A stretch of 64,000 nt of DNA from Macrostomum lignano (taxonomy: Eukaryota). Numbering within the stretch: the stretch's first letter is position 1; every line of letters begins with the position of its first letter. The stretch lies in assembly GCA_002269645.1 (NCBI GenBank), contig NIVC01000415.1, forward strand, positions 124,001 to 188,000. The letters are read 5' to 3'. The notes below the pieces were generated by a model that did no database searches, was not told where the DNA came from, and was given only the letters and a program-made list of their open reading frames with translations. Of this stretch, positions 33,953 to 47,057 are shown one piece after another. The translations under genes and the position numbers were made by a program.

Positions 33953-36720
33953 TACCAAAGTGGTTTTGGCAACGAATTTGCCACAGAAGACCCGCGCTGC
34001 CCCGGCGCCCTACCCCCGCGCGGCCAGAACAATCCGCAGCGCTGCGCCTATGGCCTCTACGCTGAGCAATTGTCCGGCACAGCTTTCACTGCTCCGCGCG
34101 AATCTAACGAACGAGTCTGGCTATACAGGATTCGTCCTAGCGCTGTGCACCAACCATTCAAACCTATTCAATCTGGTCCAACCAATTTTACAGCCGATTT
34201 CAATGCGGAACCGCCTAATCCCAATCAGTTGCGTTGGCTGCCGTTTGTTGTGCCAAGCTTAGATGAGCGCCGGCTGGATTTTGTGGAAAGCCTGGCCACC
34301 CTGTGCGGCGCCGGCGATCCGAAGACGCGCTACGGCGCCGCTATCCACGTCTACGCCTGCAATGCTAGCATGAAGGACAGGGCTATGTACAACTCTGATG
34401 GCGACTTTCTGCTGGTACCGCAACAGGGCGAACTGTTGATTACTACTGAGATGGGCAAATTGCAGGTGTGTGTTTATAGGCCCTAATCTAGAGTAGCTTA
34501 TCTTAATCTAGTCTATCCTAATCTAGCTTATCTAGAATCAGCTGTATAACACACCTGCGAGCTTATCTAGAATCAGCTGTATAACACACCTGCGAGCTTA
34601 TCTAGAATCAGCTGTATAACACACCTGCGAGCTTATCTAGCATCAGCTTATAACACACCTGCGAGCTTATCTAGAATCAGCTGTATAGCACACCTGCGAG
34701 CTTATCTAGAATCAGCTGTATAGCACACCTGCGAGCTTATCTAGAATCAGCTGTATAACACACCTGCGAGCTTATCTAGAATCAGCTGTATAACACACCT
34801 GCGAGCTTATCTAGAATCAGCTGTATAACACACCTGCGAGCTTATCTAGCATCAGCTTATAACACACCTGCGAGCTTATTTAGAATCAGCTGTATAACAC
34901 ACCTGCGAGCTTATTTAGAATCAGCTTATAACAAACCTGCGAGCTTATCTAGAATCAGCTGTATAACACACCTGCGAGCTTATCTAGAATCAGATGTATA
35001 GCACACCTGCGAGCTTATCTAGAATCAGCTGTATAACACACCTGCGAGCTTATCTAGAATCAGATGTATAGCACACCTGCGAGCTTATCTAGAATCAGCT
35101 GTATAACACACCTGCGAGCTTATCTAGAATCAGATGTATAGCACACCTGCGAGCTTATCTAGAATCAGCTGTATAACACACCTGCGAGCTTATTTAGAAT
35201 CAGCTGTATAACACACCTGCGAGCTTATCTAGAATCAGCTGTATAGCACACCTGCGAGCTTATCTAGAATCAGCTGTATAACACACCTGCGAGCTTATCT
35301 AGAATCAGCTGTATAGCACACCTGCGAGCTTATCTAGAATCAGCTGTATAGCACACCTGCGAGCTTATCTAGAATCAGCTGTATAGCACACCTGCGAGCT
35401 TATCTAGAATCAGCTGTATAACACACCTGCGAGCTTATCTAGAATCAGATGTATAGCACACCTGCGAGCTTATCTAGAATCAGCTGTATAACACACCTGC
35501 GAGCTTATCTAGAATCAGATGTATAGCACACCTGCGAGCTTATCTAGAATCAGCTGTATAACACACCTGCGAGCTTATTTAGAATCAGCTGTATAACACA
35601 CCTGCGAGCTTATCTAGAATCAGCTGTATAGCACACCTGCGAGCTTATCTAGAATCAGCTGTATAACACACCTGCGAGCTTATCTAGAATCAGCTGTATA
35701 GCACACCTGCGAGCTTATCTAGAATCAGCTGTATAGCACACCTGCGAGCTTATCTAGAATCAGCTGTATAGCACACCTGCGAGCTTATCTAGAATCAGCT
35801 GTATAACACACCTGCGAGCTTATCTAGAATCAGCTGTATAGCACACCTGCGAGCTTATCTAGAATCAGCTGTATAGCACACCTGCGAGCTTATCTAGAAT
35901 CAGCTGTATAGCACACCTGCGAGCTTATCTAGAATCAGCTGTATAGCACACCTGCGAGCTTATCTAGAATCAGCTGTATAGCACACCTGCGAGCTTATCT
36001 AGAATCAGCTGTATAACACACCTGCGAGCTTATCTAGAATCAGCTGTATAACACACCTGCGAGCTTATCTAGAATCAGCTGTATAACACACCTGCGAGCT
36101 TATCTAGAATCAGCTGTATAGCACACCTGCGAGCTTATCTAGAATCAGCTGTATAGCACACCTGCGAGCTTATTAGAACCACGCATAAACACTTTTTACA
36201 CAGTATCCTAATTAAATGTATGGACACAATCTCCATTTATTACCTTGGCTTGGACATAAACATCTGTATTTTATCCATACCAGGTCCGGCCCAGAGAGAT
36301 CTGCGTGATCCAGCAGGGCATCCGATTCTCAGTCGAGGTCACCGGCCCCAGCAGGGGCTACATTCTAGAAGTTTGGGGCAATCATTTTGTGCTGCCTGGC
36401 TTAGGCCCTATCGGTGCCAATGGATTAGCTAATCCGAGGGATTTCCTAACTCCAGTTGCCTGGTACGAGGATCGGGATCTGTCAGCTGAGAGTGCTGGCT
36501 ATGAAATTATTAGCAAATATCAGGGCGCTCTGTTTGTTGCTAAGCAGCACCATTCCCCATTCGATGTGGTCGCTTGGCACGGCAACTACGCGCCCTACAA
36601 GTACGATTTGGCCAATTTCGTTGTGGTCAATTCTGTTAGCGTTGACCATATGGATCCCAGCATATTCACTGTGCTCACCTGTCCTGGGGCTAAGGTGAGC
36701 TCTATCAATTTTGTTTAATT

Positions 36721-36788
<68 letters not shown>

Positions 36789-36854
36789 TTGATAGATAGA
36801 TAGATAGATAGATAGATATTGATAGATTGATAGATTGATAGATAGACAGATAGT

Positions 36855-36924
<70 letters not shown>

Positions 36925-36990
36925 TTGATAGATAGATAGATAGATAGATAGATATTGATAGATTGATAGATTGATAGATAGACAGATAGT

Positions 36991-37040
<50 letters not shown>

Positions 37041-37126
37041 GATAGATATTGATAGATTGATAGATTGATAGATAGGTAGATAGATAGATAGATAGATAGA
37101 TATTGATAGATTGATAGATAGATAGT

Positions 37127-37205
<79 letters not shown>

Positions 37206-37210
37206 GTATT

Positions 37211-37295
<85 letters not shown>

Positions 37296-37801
37296 GTATT
37301 GATAGATAGATATATTGATATAGATATAGTATACCTACTAACAGAATCCAGAGACTGGCTGACTTTATGCTCTCACCTGCGCAGGCGGGCACAGCTCTGT
37401 GCGACTTTGTCATCTTTCCGCCTCGTTGGGGCGTGGCTGAGAAGACGTTTCGTCCACCATACTACCATAGGAACTGCATGAGCGAGTTCATGGGCCTGAT
37501 CTACGGCAACTACGAAGCTAAGGAGGAGGGCTTCCTACCTGGTGGAGCCACTCTGCACTCAATGATGACTCCGCACGGTCCCGATGCAGACTGTTTTGAG
37601 AAGGCTTCAACAGCTGAATTGGCTCCGCAGAGGGTAGCGGCCGGGACCATGTCGTTTATGTTTGAGTCGTCTTTGAGTCTGGCTGTTACCGCCTGGGCTA
37701 ATAGAATCTGCCAGCGTTTGGATGCCAACTATTACAAGTGTTGGCAAGGCTTGAAGAAGAATTTCACCGGGCCTAAGACTGCTTCTAGTGGTGGGAAGTA
37801 G
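33953..37801 (+). CDS. HGD: Homogentisate 1,2-dioxygenase (tyrosine catabolism), 3 exons identified; initiator codon not located
   Basis: Exons 33953-34465, 36284-36694 and 37385-37801 are all phase 0, giving 446 aa. Motifs [68 protein letters not shown], and Fe-ligand motifs [15 protein letters not shown] and TPHGPD. Confidence 0.96.
34522..36177. repeat. 35-bp minisatellite filling HGD intron 1
   Basis: (GCGAGCTTATCTAGAATCAGCTGTATA(A/G)CACACCT)n, roughly 47 copies. Confidence 0.97.
36720..37326. repeat. (GATA)n microsatellite in HGD intron 2
   Basis: Tandem GATA with GATT/GACA variants. Confidence 0.96.
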
Positions 37802-37914
37802 GAATTCAATTGTTATTGAACTGATCTATTGACAGAAGATTGCTGATTGACTATAGATCTCTGCGCTTCCATTTTTATTGGATATTTTGTATTCCCAGTG
37901 GGTTGGGAATTACG

Positions 37915-38345
37915 AGCGTAGAATATTTAGGTCCTAATCTTCCCTATATGAGTTGGGATATTTAGGTCTCCTAATCTTCCCTATATGAGTTGGGATATTT
38001 AGGTCTCCTAATAATCTTCCCAATATGAGTTGGGATATTTAGGTCTCCTAATCTTCCCTATATGAGTTGGGATATTTAGGTCTCCTAATCTTCCCTGTGT
38101 TTTGGGATTTTTAGGTCTCCTAATCTTCCCAATATGAGTTGGGATATTTAGGTCTCCTAATCTTCCCAATATGAGTTGGGATATTTAGGTCTCCTAATCT
38201 TCCCAATATGAGTTGGGATATTTAGGTCTCCTAATCATGCAATAATCTTCCCTGTGTGTTGGGATATTTAGGTCTCCTAATAATCTTCCCTGTGTTTTGG
38301 GATTTTTAGGTCTCCTAATCGTCCGTATATGAGTTGGGATGTTTA
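37915..38345. repeat. About 36-bp minisatellite downstream of HGD
   Basis: (TGAGTTGGGATATTTAGGTCTCCTAATCTTCCC(T/A)ATA)n. Confidence 0.9.
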
Positions 38346-39491
38346 GCTCTACTAATAATATTTCCTGTGAGCTGGGATTCTGTTTTGTGCAGTCCATTGC
38401 TCTCCTTGAAAATTGTACTGCAGTAAGTTGCAATGCGCACAGATCTCAGAAACAAACAGTGACCATTATTAATAACGCAATACTATTTTGATTTTCTATA
38501 TCCTGTCGAGTGCTCGTTTGTTTTTAAATTCATTTTCAATTTGGTATCTGTTATGCGTACACACTATCAGCAAATTCTGCTACTTGCGTTAGTAGTATCA
38601 TGCATCACTTTTTAATGCGATTTTTCATTATAGTCTTAGTAAGTTATTCTATCATATCAGCAGCTTTTACGAGTAAAGTGGGTATTTTTTTAGCGTTTTT
38701 GCTCCGCTTCGAAATCACATTAGTTGGTGCATGTTAGCCAATAAAACAATGGTTAATTCTATTTGTGCTAAATCAACCTAGGCATCATGCGCTTCGTTAC
38801 TACTTATTTACAGTAGTAGTAGCTATATTCATAAATTATTGCATTATAGTGAGTATCGTAGATTTTTTTCCAGTCCGGTTGTTAAGCCGTAGTTTTATTT
38901 TAATTTATTGATTGCATTATGATTGATCAATACAAAGAGTTTATGATTTTAAGTAAAAATAGACTTGGTTTGTTAATTTATTGTTTCTTTAAATTTTGAA
39001 TACGAAAGTCAAAGTCAATATAAAGTGTAACCAGGAAGATTAGACAGAACCACAGATACTAGAATAACTAGATGGGCCACTCAGCACATTTGCGTGTAAA
39101 CTACTTTTAGTTCAGTAGTAAGTAAGTTATACAGAAGCATTTTAATAATGTATTTTAAAGCCAAGGCTCATTTATTGGCTCTTACTCCCCCCAGCTAAAC
39201 CCTCCAACCGCGCCTTTCCACACCCCCACCCCGCCCCAATTTTTATTGTCTTGTACATTTCAATGGACTGGCTAATGTACATTATTGCTGAACCAATTAG
39301 CAAGTTGTTTACGCCTGCAAGCTTGGGTGGGCTTCTAAACTTATAAAATCAGTTCAGCTGACTTTATTTTTATAAAATAGCTTATGTATTCTTCTTTGCT
39401 ACTGAACTGAAAGTAGAAAGCTGTTTTACTAAGTAGTTATGCCTCAGTGATCAAATCTATCTTTATCCAATGCCCAAGTTCCGCTGCTATT

Positions 39492-40664
39492 ATGGCCACT
39501 TCAAGCAACTTCTACTGTGAGATTTGCAAGGTTTCTTGCAATAGCGATTTGTCAATGGCGCAGCACAATGCGAGTCAAAAGCACAAGAATAGAGCTGCAG
39601 CTGCATTCCAACAACAACAGCAGCAGCAACAACAACAACCACAGCAACAGCAGTCTAAAAATCCTCAAGAGAATATAAACTATCTTGAATATTTACCTAA
39701 CTTGGAATATCTGAAGCACTTGGAAAGGTTGAGTCTACCGCAGCAAAGTGTGCCCCAGCCGCAGCTAAGCGTGCCCCAGCCGCAGCAAAGCGTGCCCCAG
39801 CCGCAGCAAAGCGTGCCTCAGCTGCAGCAAAGCGTGCCCCAGCCGCAGCAAAGCGTGCCCCAGCCTCAAGATAACACGCAGACAAGCTACTGCTCAACTT
39901 GTGATTGCAGTGTCCCAGGTGGACCGATTAATTGGCAAACTCACTTAAATGGTCAGCAGCATTCGAAAGGCTTAAATAAAGACTCGCAACAATCGACGCA
40001 CTTCCATTGTGACGTCTGCAAATTGTCAGTTTCTGGTAAAGATAATTATGATCAACACTTGAACGGTACTAAGCACAGGAAAAATTTGCAACAGCGGCAA
40101 CAACAGCAGGCTGGCTTCAATACGTTGAGTTCCGATTTAGCTGCTTCTGTTATATCTGTTGCATCATCAGCAGCAGCAGATGCAGCTTCTTTGCCTGGCA
40201 TAGACGATCCCTATATTAAAGTTAAAGATCAAGCAAGATATCAATACAATTGTCAGCTTTGCAATAATAAGCTTCTCAGCGGTTTGAAAGCAGTAACAGA
40301 TCACTGTACCAGCGAAAGACATGTGCGGCAAAAGCAGCAGCAGCAACAATCTCAACCATCTGTTAGCGAGACCCTGTCATCGCAGCTGCAATCGCTGCAT
40401 TCTTATCTGTCCGAGGCTGCCAGCTCCGATTGGCTGAGCTTGGACCGTCTGTCATCCGAGGCGCTGGCTCAGCAGGCCCTGTCGCCGCGCGATGTGTCTC
40501 GCTGCACCAGCGTTGACCAATTGCTGCTTCGGCTGGCCTCCGCCAATCGGTTGGATGTTGTCGCCAGACAGTTGCCGTCGCCCAGTTGCAATCCGACTGC
40601 GGGGCTGGTGGAAAATGCTCAGCGTATTATAACTATTTTGCTGAATGGCGGCGCTAGTGTCTAG
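39492..40664 (+). CDS. Intronless matrin/U1-type C2H2 zinc-finger protein (ZNF385/ZMAT/JAZ-like RNA binder), 4 fingers, polyQ
   Basis: Four C-x2-C...H-x5-H fingers: CEICKVSCNSDLSMAQHNASQKH, CSTCDCSVPGGPINWQTHLNGQQH, CDVCKLSVSGKDNYDQHLNGTKH and CQLCNNKLLSGLKAVTDHCTSERH. Also QQSVPQP heptad repeats. The likely ATG is at 39492. Confidence 0.82.
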   Translation: MATSSNFYCEICKVSCNSDLSMAQHNASQKHKNRAAAAFQQQQQQQQQQPQQQQSKNPQENINYLEYLPNLEYLKHLERLSLPQQSVPQPQLSVPQPQQSVPQPQQSVPQLQQSVPQPQQSVPQPQDNTQTSYCSTCDCSVPGGPINWQTHLNGQQHSKGLNKDSQQSTHFHCDVCKLSVSGKDNYDQHLNGTKHRKNLQQRQQQQAGFNTLSSDLAASVISVASSAAADAASLPGIDDPYIKVKDQARYQYNCQLCNNKLLSGLKAVTDHCTSERHVRQKQQQQQSQPSVSETLSSQLQSLHSYLSEAASSDWLSLDRLSSEALAQQALSPRDVSRCTSVDQLLLRLASANRLDVVARQLPSPSCNPTAGLVENAQRIITILLNGGASV

Positions 40665-41147
40665 TTAGCAACGCTTGATCCTCCAGGCTTGATTGTTTAC
40701 GAGCAACGCACATCTCTTGTATCTTCTAAGATCTAATATCCTGCCTCCTACAGTTGGATTCAGACAACGGAATTTTCGTTAGTGACGTGTCTAAAAACAC
40801 AGAATTTATATTATATGATGTACTAATTTTGACAAAGCAAGAATAGTCAGGATTGTTACCCGCTTTTAGCTAGCACTTGTTGTTGTTTTCCAAAAGATTG
40901 TTTTACTTCAGAGCGAGTGTGGTCATTAGTTTTTTAACGTAGCCTTTCTGATTGCCATTATTACGTAATTAATTTAATTAATTACAAATTTATGCGCCTA
41001 TTCGATTAATGCTAGATTCAAAACTGCCAGTCAAGCCTATTGCTGTTTGCTATTGTAATTTCATCTTTACAAATCAGTTCATATTTTATTCACTGGAAAT
41101 GGAATGTCAACTAATTTAACTATGCTTTTCGACATTTATGTCTAGAT

Positions 41148-41860
41148 TCTTAGTTGCTGGGCCAGCCTCCCATATCCTCAGTTGCTGGGCCAGCTACCCA
41201 GATTCTCAGTTACTGTGCCAGCTACTCAGATTCTCAGTTACTGTGCCAGCTACTCAGATCCTCAGTTTCTGGGCCAGCCTCCCAGATCCTTAATTGCTTG
41301 GCCAGCCACCCAGATACTCAGTTGCTGGGCCAGCCTCTCATATCCTCAGTTACTGTGCCAGCTACCCAGATCCTCAGTTACTGTGCCAGCTACTCAGATC
41401 CTCAGTTACTGTGCCAGCTACCCAGATCCTCAGTTACTGTGCCAGCTACCCAGATCCTCAGTTACTGTGCCAGCTACCCAGATCCTCAGTTACTGTGCCA
41501 GCTACTCAGATCCTCAGTTACTGTGCCAGCTACCCAGATCCTCAGTTACTGTGCCAGCTACCCAGATCCTCAGTTACTGTGCCAGCTACTCAGATCCTCA
41601 GTTGCTGTGCCAGCTACTCAGTTCCTCAGTTGCTGTGCCAGCTACCCAGATCCTCAGTTACTGTGCCAGCTACCCAGATTCTCAGTTGCTGTGCCAGCTA
41701 CCCAGATCCTCAGTTGCTGTGTCAGCTACCCATGCAGATCCTCAGTTGCTAGGCAGCCACCCAGATCCTCAGTTACTGTGCCAGCCTCCCAGATTCTCGT
41801 TACTGTGCCAGCTACCCAGATCCTCAGTTGCTGGGCCAGCCTCCCAAATCCTCAGTTGTT
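41148..41860 (+). repeat. 28-bp minisatellite (family shared with 60413-61325)
   Basis: (CTCAGTT(A/G)CTG(T/G)GCCAGC(T/C)(A/T)CCCAGATC)n. Confidence 0.93.
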
Positions 41861-42126
41861 GAACCGTAATGGGAACTCAACCGTATGTGACAATTGACAT
41901 TCTGAACTGAAGATTTCAAATATATCTTTCAAGGCGCTGCACTTATTGATAGCAAAAGTGCTTTTACAATTGCAACTTGAAGAACCGCTTAGGACTTGTC
42001 TATGGAGTTTTTTGTTTTTTTGAGTCTAACTGTCTGTAACTGACTTAAGTTAAAGCTCTCCACTGAATTGTAACATTTAGTAAGAAGTTGAAGTATCGTC
42101 GTCTGTTTATCTAATTGCTATCATCA

Positions 42127-45100
42127 ATGTGGAATCTGGCCGTCTCGCTACTGCTGGCTGTGGTACTCGGTAAGTAACATGTTTAAATCTATTTTCACGT
42201 ACATGTAATATCTGTCTACTAAGAAACTTCGAGTATCTCAATCCACTAAATTAGTGTTATTACGTACATAATACACATGTACGTTCTCGTGTTTACGAGG
42301 GTGCACTACCATAATTAAAGTCTGCGTATATTCTTGAGCCAAATTATGCAGCAAGTCAGAGGACTCGAAGGCGCAGAGCATAGGTGACCCCTGGTTCGAA
42401 TCCGAACGAATACATTCATTTGAGACATTCACACCCCCAAGGCACAGAGTGTACACATGCCTGACGATTAGAAAGTCAGGGCCGCTGTACACCCCGTGTG
42501 AGCGTGTATTAGTGCGTGTCTGCGTGCAGTATTGGTGCGCTTGTGCTCAGCGCGCGCTGGATGTGGTAAAAGCCAAACCCAGCTTCCTGGTGTCACTGTG
42601 AGCAGAATGACGTATCATTTGAGTACATAGGTTAGTCAAGACAAAGCTTTATTTTGGCTCAAAAGCACGAAAAACTTTACCGGCTAAAAAGCCTGCTTTA
42701 TATTAAACTATTTGATATTGATCGGCATACTCACCGCACCCCCAACCCGCGCTAGCAAGTACATGCAGCGAGAGAGAGAGAGAGAGAGAGAGATCAAAAC
42801 AACTCAACCTAGCCCCGCCCCCAGCGCGCACGCAAGCCAAGCTATCACATCCCTCCATGCCAAGACAAAAGCAACAGAACTTGCAACAAAAAAGAAAAAC
42901 CCAACACCCAAAAAACTGTCAGTCTTTGTCAGATCAAGTTCACTCGTAGGTCAGTCGATCCGGTGCCCTTGTAGTCCTCTCCGAACGCCGCAGCATCGGG
43001 GGCGGCAGCAGCGGCGGCAGCGGCGGCGGTGGCGCTTCAGACGTTGTCACCGACGGAGTCAGAAGCTGTGGCGCCGCCCCACCTGACTGAGCCGATCCTG
43101 CCGCTTGCTCAGGTGAGATTGTCGCCGGCACCAGGTGGTCGGCATGCCGCCGCACGATGCGCTCGTCGGGCAGGCGGCACTCGTAGGACAGCGGCCCGGT
43201 CTGGCGGCTCACGGAGGCCGGCGCCCACTTCTCCGGACCGTTGAAGTCGCGCACCAGGACACCGTCGCCTTCTTCGAAGTTGCGATCCCTGGCTCGCAGG
43301 TCGTGGTACTCCTTTTACGAGTCCTGGCTGCGCCTGACTGTAGCCGAGACATCGGGCCGCACAATGTCTAGAAGCGTCCGCAGCTGCCTGCCCATCATCA
43401 GCTGGCAGGGTGGAGCACCAGTTGTGCTGTGCGGAGTGACCCGGTAGGTCAGCAGGAACCGAGCTAGCCGAAACTGCAGGGACGCCGGCCGCCCCTTCGC
43501 CAGGGCCGCCTTCACCGTCTGGACCGCTCGCTCGGCCAATCCGTTGGACGATGGATGATATGGAGCCACTTTGATATGCCGGATGCCGTTACTGGCCAAG
43601 AAGTTGTTCATCTCTTGGCTCACGAAATTCGGACCGTTGTCGCTCACTACGACCTCAGGCAGTCCCAGCTGACTGAAAGTCCTTAGCCGATCGATGGTGG
43701 CAGCACTGGTGGCGGACTGGCAAATGTGGACTTCAATCCATTTTTGAATGAGCGTCCACCAGTACTAACAGCATTTTTCCCTCGACTGGTCCAGCGTAGT
43801 CCATGTGGATCCGGGACCACGGCTTGTCCGGCCACGGCCACGGCTGCAGGAGGGCTGGCGGCGGGCAGTTCTGATGACGCTGGCACTCGCCGCAGTTCTG
43901 CGACAGCTTCTCGATGTCCCGGTCCAATCCCGGCCACCAGAAATATCCTCGGGCCAGAGACTTCATCCTAGAAGCTCCTTGGTGGCTCTGATGTAGACAA
44001 TCGAGCAGTGCTTGTCGACCCTGAACCGGCACAATCACACGGTTGCCCCACAGCAGGCAGCCGTCCTCCAAGCTCAGCTCTGCCGCCCTAACTGCATCCA
44101 GCCGAGGACGCTCCGGCCATCCACCTTGCACGAGCCGCAGCACTCGACTGAGCAGCGGGTCCCTTCTTGTCCAGCCGCAAACCTGAGCAGCCGTCACGGG
44201 TCCCTCATTGAACGCATCGATGAGCAGCACTACCTCAGCTGGTGACGGCGTCTCCACTGACTTCGTCGGCAGCGACAGCCGACTCAGAGCGTCAGCCCGC
44301 AGTAGCGAAGTTCCCTTGCGATACTGCAGTCGATACGAGTAGTTCGAAAGCAGCAGAGCCCAACGCTGGATCCTAGCCGAAGCCAGTGGTGGAATGGCCT
44401 TGCTCTCGTGTAGCAGGCCCAGTAGCGGCTTGTGGTCGCTCTTGAGCTCAAAGGTTTTGCCATAGAGGTAGGCGTGGAAGTGCTTGATCCCAAAAATGAT
44501 CGCCAGGGCTTCCTTCTCTGTCTGCGAATAGTTCCTCTCGGCGTCGGCGAGCGATCGGGACGCGAAGGCAATCGGCCTTTCAAGGCCATCAATCCGGTGG
44601 CAGATAACGGCCCCGACCCCGTATGGCGAACTATCACACTCCAGAATCACCTCCTTTTTGACGTCGAAATGGACAAGCGCCTGCGAGCTCAATAGCAGCT
44701 CCTTGCTGCGCCGGAAAGCATCGGACTGCGCTTCGCCCCATCGCCAGACAGTTCCTTTCTCGAGAAGCCGGTGCAGAGGAGCCAGAACGCTGGACAGGTT
44801 CGGCAGAAACCGGCCGTAATAGTTGAGGAGGCCCAAGAAACTGCGCAACTGCGTGACGTCCTTTGTAATCGGCGCGTCAACGATCGCGTTAACTTTTTCA
44901 CTCATCGGATGTAGGCCCTGGGCGTCAATCCGATGCCCCAAATAGGTCACCGAATTCTCCATGAAGCGGCATTTGTCAAGCCGGCACTTCAGCCCGGCAT
45001 CCTTCAGGCGCTGCAGGACGGTCTCCAGATTCTCGAGGTGCTCAGCGTCATCGGCGCCGGTCACCAACACGTCATCAATAAAGGTTGCCGTATGCTGTGC

Positions 45101-47057
45101 ACCATGCAGTAGGCCGTCCATGGTTCTCTGGAAGATTCCAACTGCTGGTGAGATTCCAAACGGTAGCCTTGTATACCTCAGCAAACCCTTCGAGGTGTTG
45201 ATGGTGCACAAGCGCTGAGACTCTTCGTCGAGCGGAAGCTGCATGTTTGCCTGGCTGAGGTCCAGCTTGGTGAACTTTTGACCGCCGGTGAGCTTGGCGA
45301 ACAACTCCTCAATCCTTGGCAGCGGGTAGCAGTCCATCTCCACGTCCTGGTTTACCGCGTGCACTTGAAATCTGCGCAGATTCTGACGGAGCCGTCCGAC
45401 TTCAGCACCGGCACGATTGGGGACGCATACTCCGAATCGGAGACCGGCCGCAGAATGCCCTGCTGGATCTCCCGCTCGAGCTGCTCTTCCACTTTGGACT
45501 TCAAAGCGAAAGGTACCTGCCGCGCCTTCATGAACTTGGGTCGCGCCCCGGGCTTCACTCGCAGTTTCAGAGGTTCACCCGTGTAGCAGCCGAGGCCACT
45601 CGAGAAAACGGGGCTGAACCTCTCTAGCAACTTGTGCACTTGCTGATCCTTTGGAGCCGACGCTTCGGGCAGCTGCTTGACGCTTCCCCAATTCAACGGC
45701 AGCACAGCCAGCCAGTTCCTACCGATGAGGCTGGACCCGGATCCAGATACCACTAGAAGAGGAAGAAGCTGCTTGGCTTTACCTGGAATCTCTGCAGACA
45801 CGCTGATCTGACCGAGTACGCTGACCGGCTGTCCACAGTAGTTCCGCAGTCGAATCGGGGTCCGCTCGAGCTCAGGAGCCCCGCCCAGCAGGTCGTGATA
45901 GACTCTAGCCGAAATCAGCAATACCGCCGCGCCCGTGTCGATCTCCATCTGGCAGGACACTCCGTTGAGCAGGACCGTGGTGATGTACGGCGGTACCTTG
46001 GCAGCTGCACTGGGCAAGGTGTTCAGGGAGCCGCAGTCTTGGCTATCCTCCTCCACAGCGGCGACTTGCGACCGCGGCTCAGCTCCATCCGAATCCGCGC
46101 CTCCTCGACAGGCTGCAGCGGTGTGCCCCATCTTGCCGCACTTGAAACAGGCCTTCTTCATGAATGGGCACTTCGCCGCCAGGTGTTTCGCTGACAGACA
46201 CCTGTAGCACCTTTTCGCAGGTCGCTGAGTCGCCACCGCATTGGTCTGGCCGACTTGGTCTACCGATGCTGCCGAGGTGGCTTGCGGAGTTCCTGAGGAC
46301 GAGCCCTTGACCAAGTTGCAGCCCTTGGTTGCCAGCTCCACCGCCTGGGAGATCGCCAGTGCTCTGTCCAGGTCCAACTCTGTCTCGGACAGGAGTCTGC
46401 GCTGTATGCGATCATCCTGGATGCCAAGCACCAGACGATCTCTCAGCATGGTGCTCAAGCTGTTACCGAAGTTGCAGTTGACAGCCAAACGCCGCAGTGC
46501 CGCCAGGAAGTCGGCCACGGACTCCGAGCTCGCTCGAACGCGCTGGTAGAAGTGGAACCTTTGCACGATCTCTGACGGCTTTGGGTCCCATTGATCGTCA
46601 AGCTTTTTGCAGATGTTAGCGAAGGAAGCCTCTGAAGGCTTAACTGGGGCCAGAAGACTGGTGACAAGCCTATAGGTGTCCTTGCCGCACACGCTGAGGA
46701 ACACCGCTCGCTTCTTCTCTTCGCTTTCGATTTCGTTTGCAATGAACACTTGTTCAATGCGCTCCTTGTATTGCGACCAGTCCTCCGTCTCAGGCTCAAA
46801 CGGCCCTATGCTACACAGTGGCCCAGTGGCCATCCTCGTCGCCAGTGAAATAAAGTCAAGACAAAACTTTATTTTGGCTCAAAAGCACGAAAAACTAAAA
46901 AGCTAAAAAGCCTGCTTTATATTAAACTATTTGATATTGATCGGCATACTCACCGCACCCCCAACCCGCGCTAGCAAGTACATGCAGCGAGAGAGAGAGA
47001 CTTAGCTGCAGGGTGGTCCGTAGACACAGCGGGGAGGCGAGGGTCGCCCATTCCGCT

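Noticed and set aside
41154-41897. Cys-rich repeat ORFs here and at 50457-51584, 53463-53963, 56385-57288 and 60363-61398
   Set aside because: All are multi-frame translations of minisatellites.
42595-42600. ACTG before a TG at 42599 as a TSD matching ACTG at 47149
   Set aside because: The 35 nt between it and the LTR homology do not match the other LTR end, so a 4-bp match is likely chance.
45345-45370. Programmed ribosomal frameshift between the 493-aa and 543-aa Gypsy ORFs
   Set aside because: The break is inside the RT domain (CADFKCT/VNQ), not at a gag-pol junction, and there is no slippery heptamer. Two more lesions downstream show decay.
42940-46906. Many plus-strand ORFs over the retroelement, and antisense ORFs over the stomatin, hnRNP K, HGD, claudin and UBC9 exons
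   Set aside because: They are shadow ORFs from GC-rich codon usage on the opposite strand.
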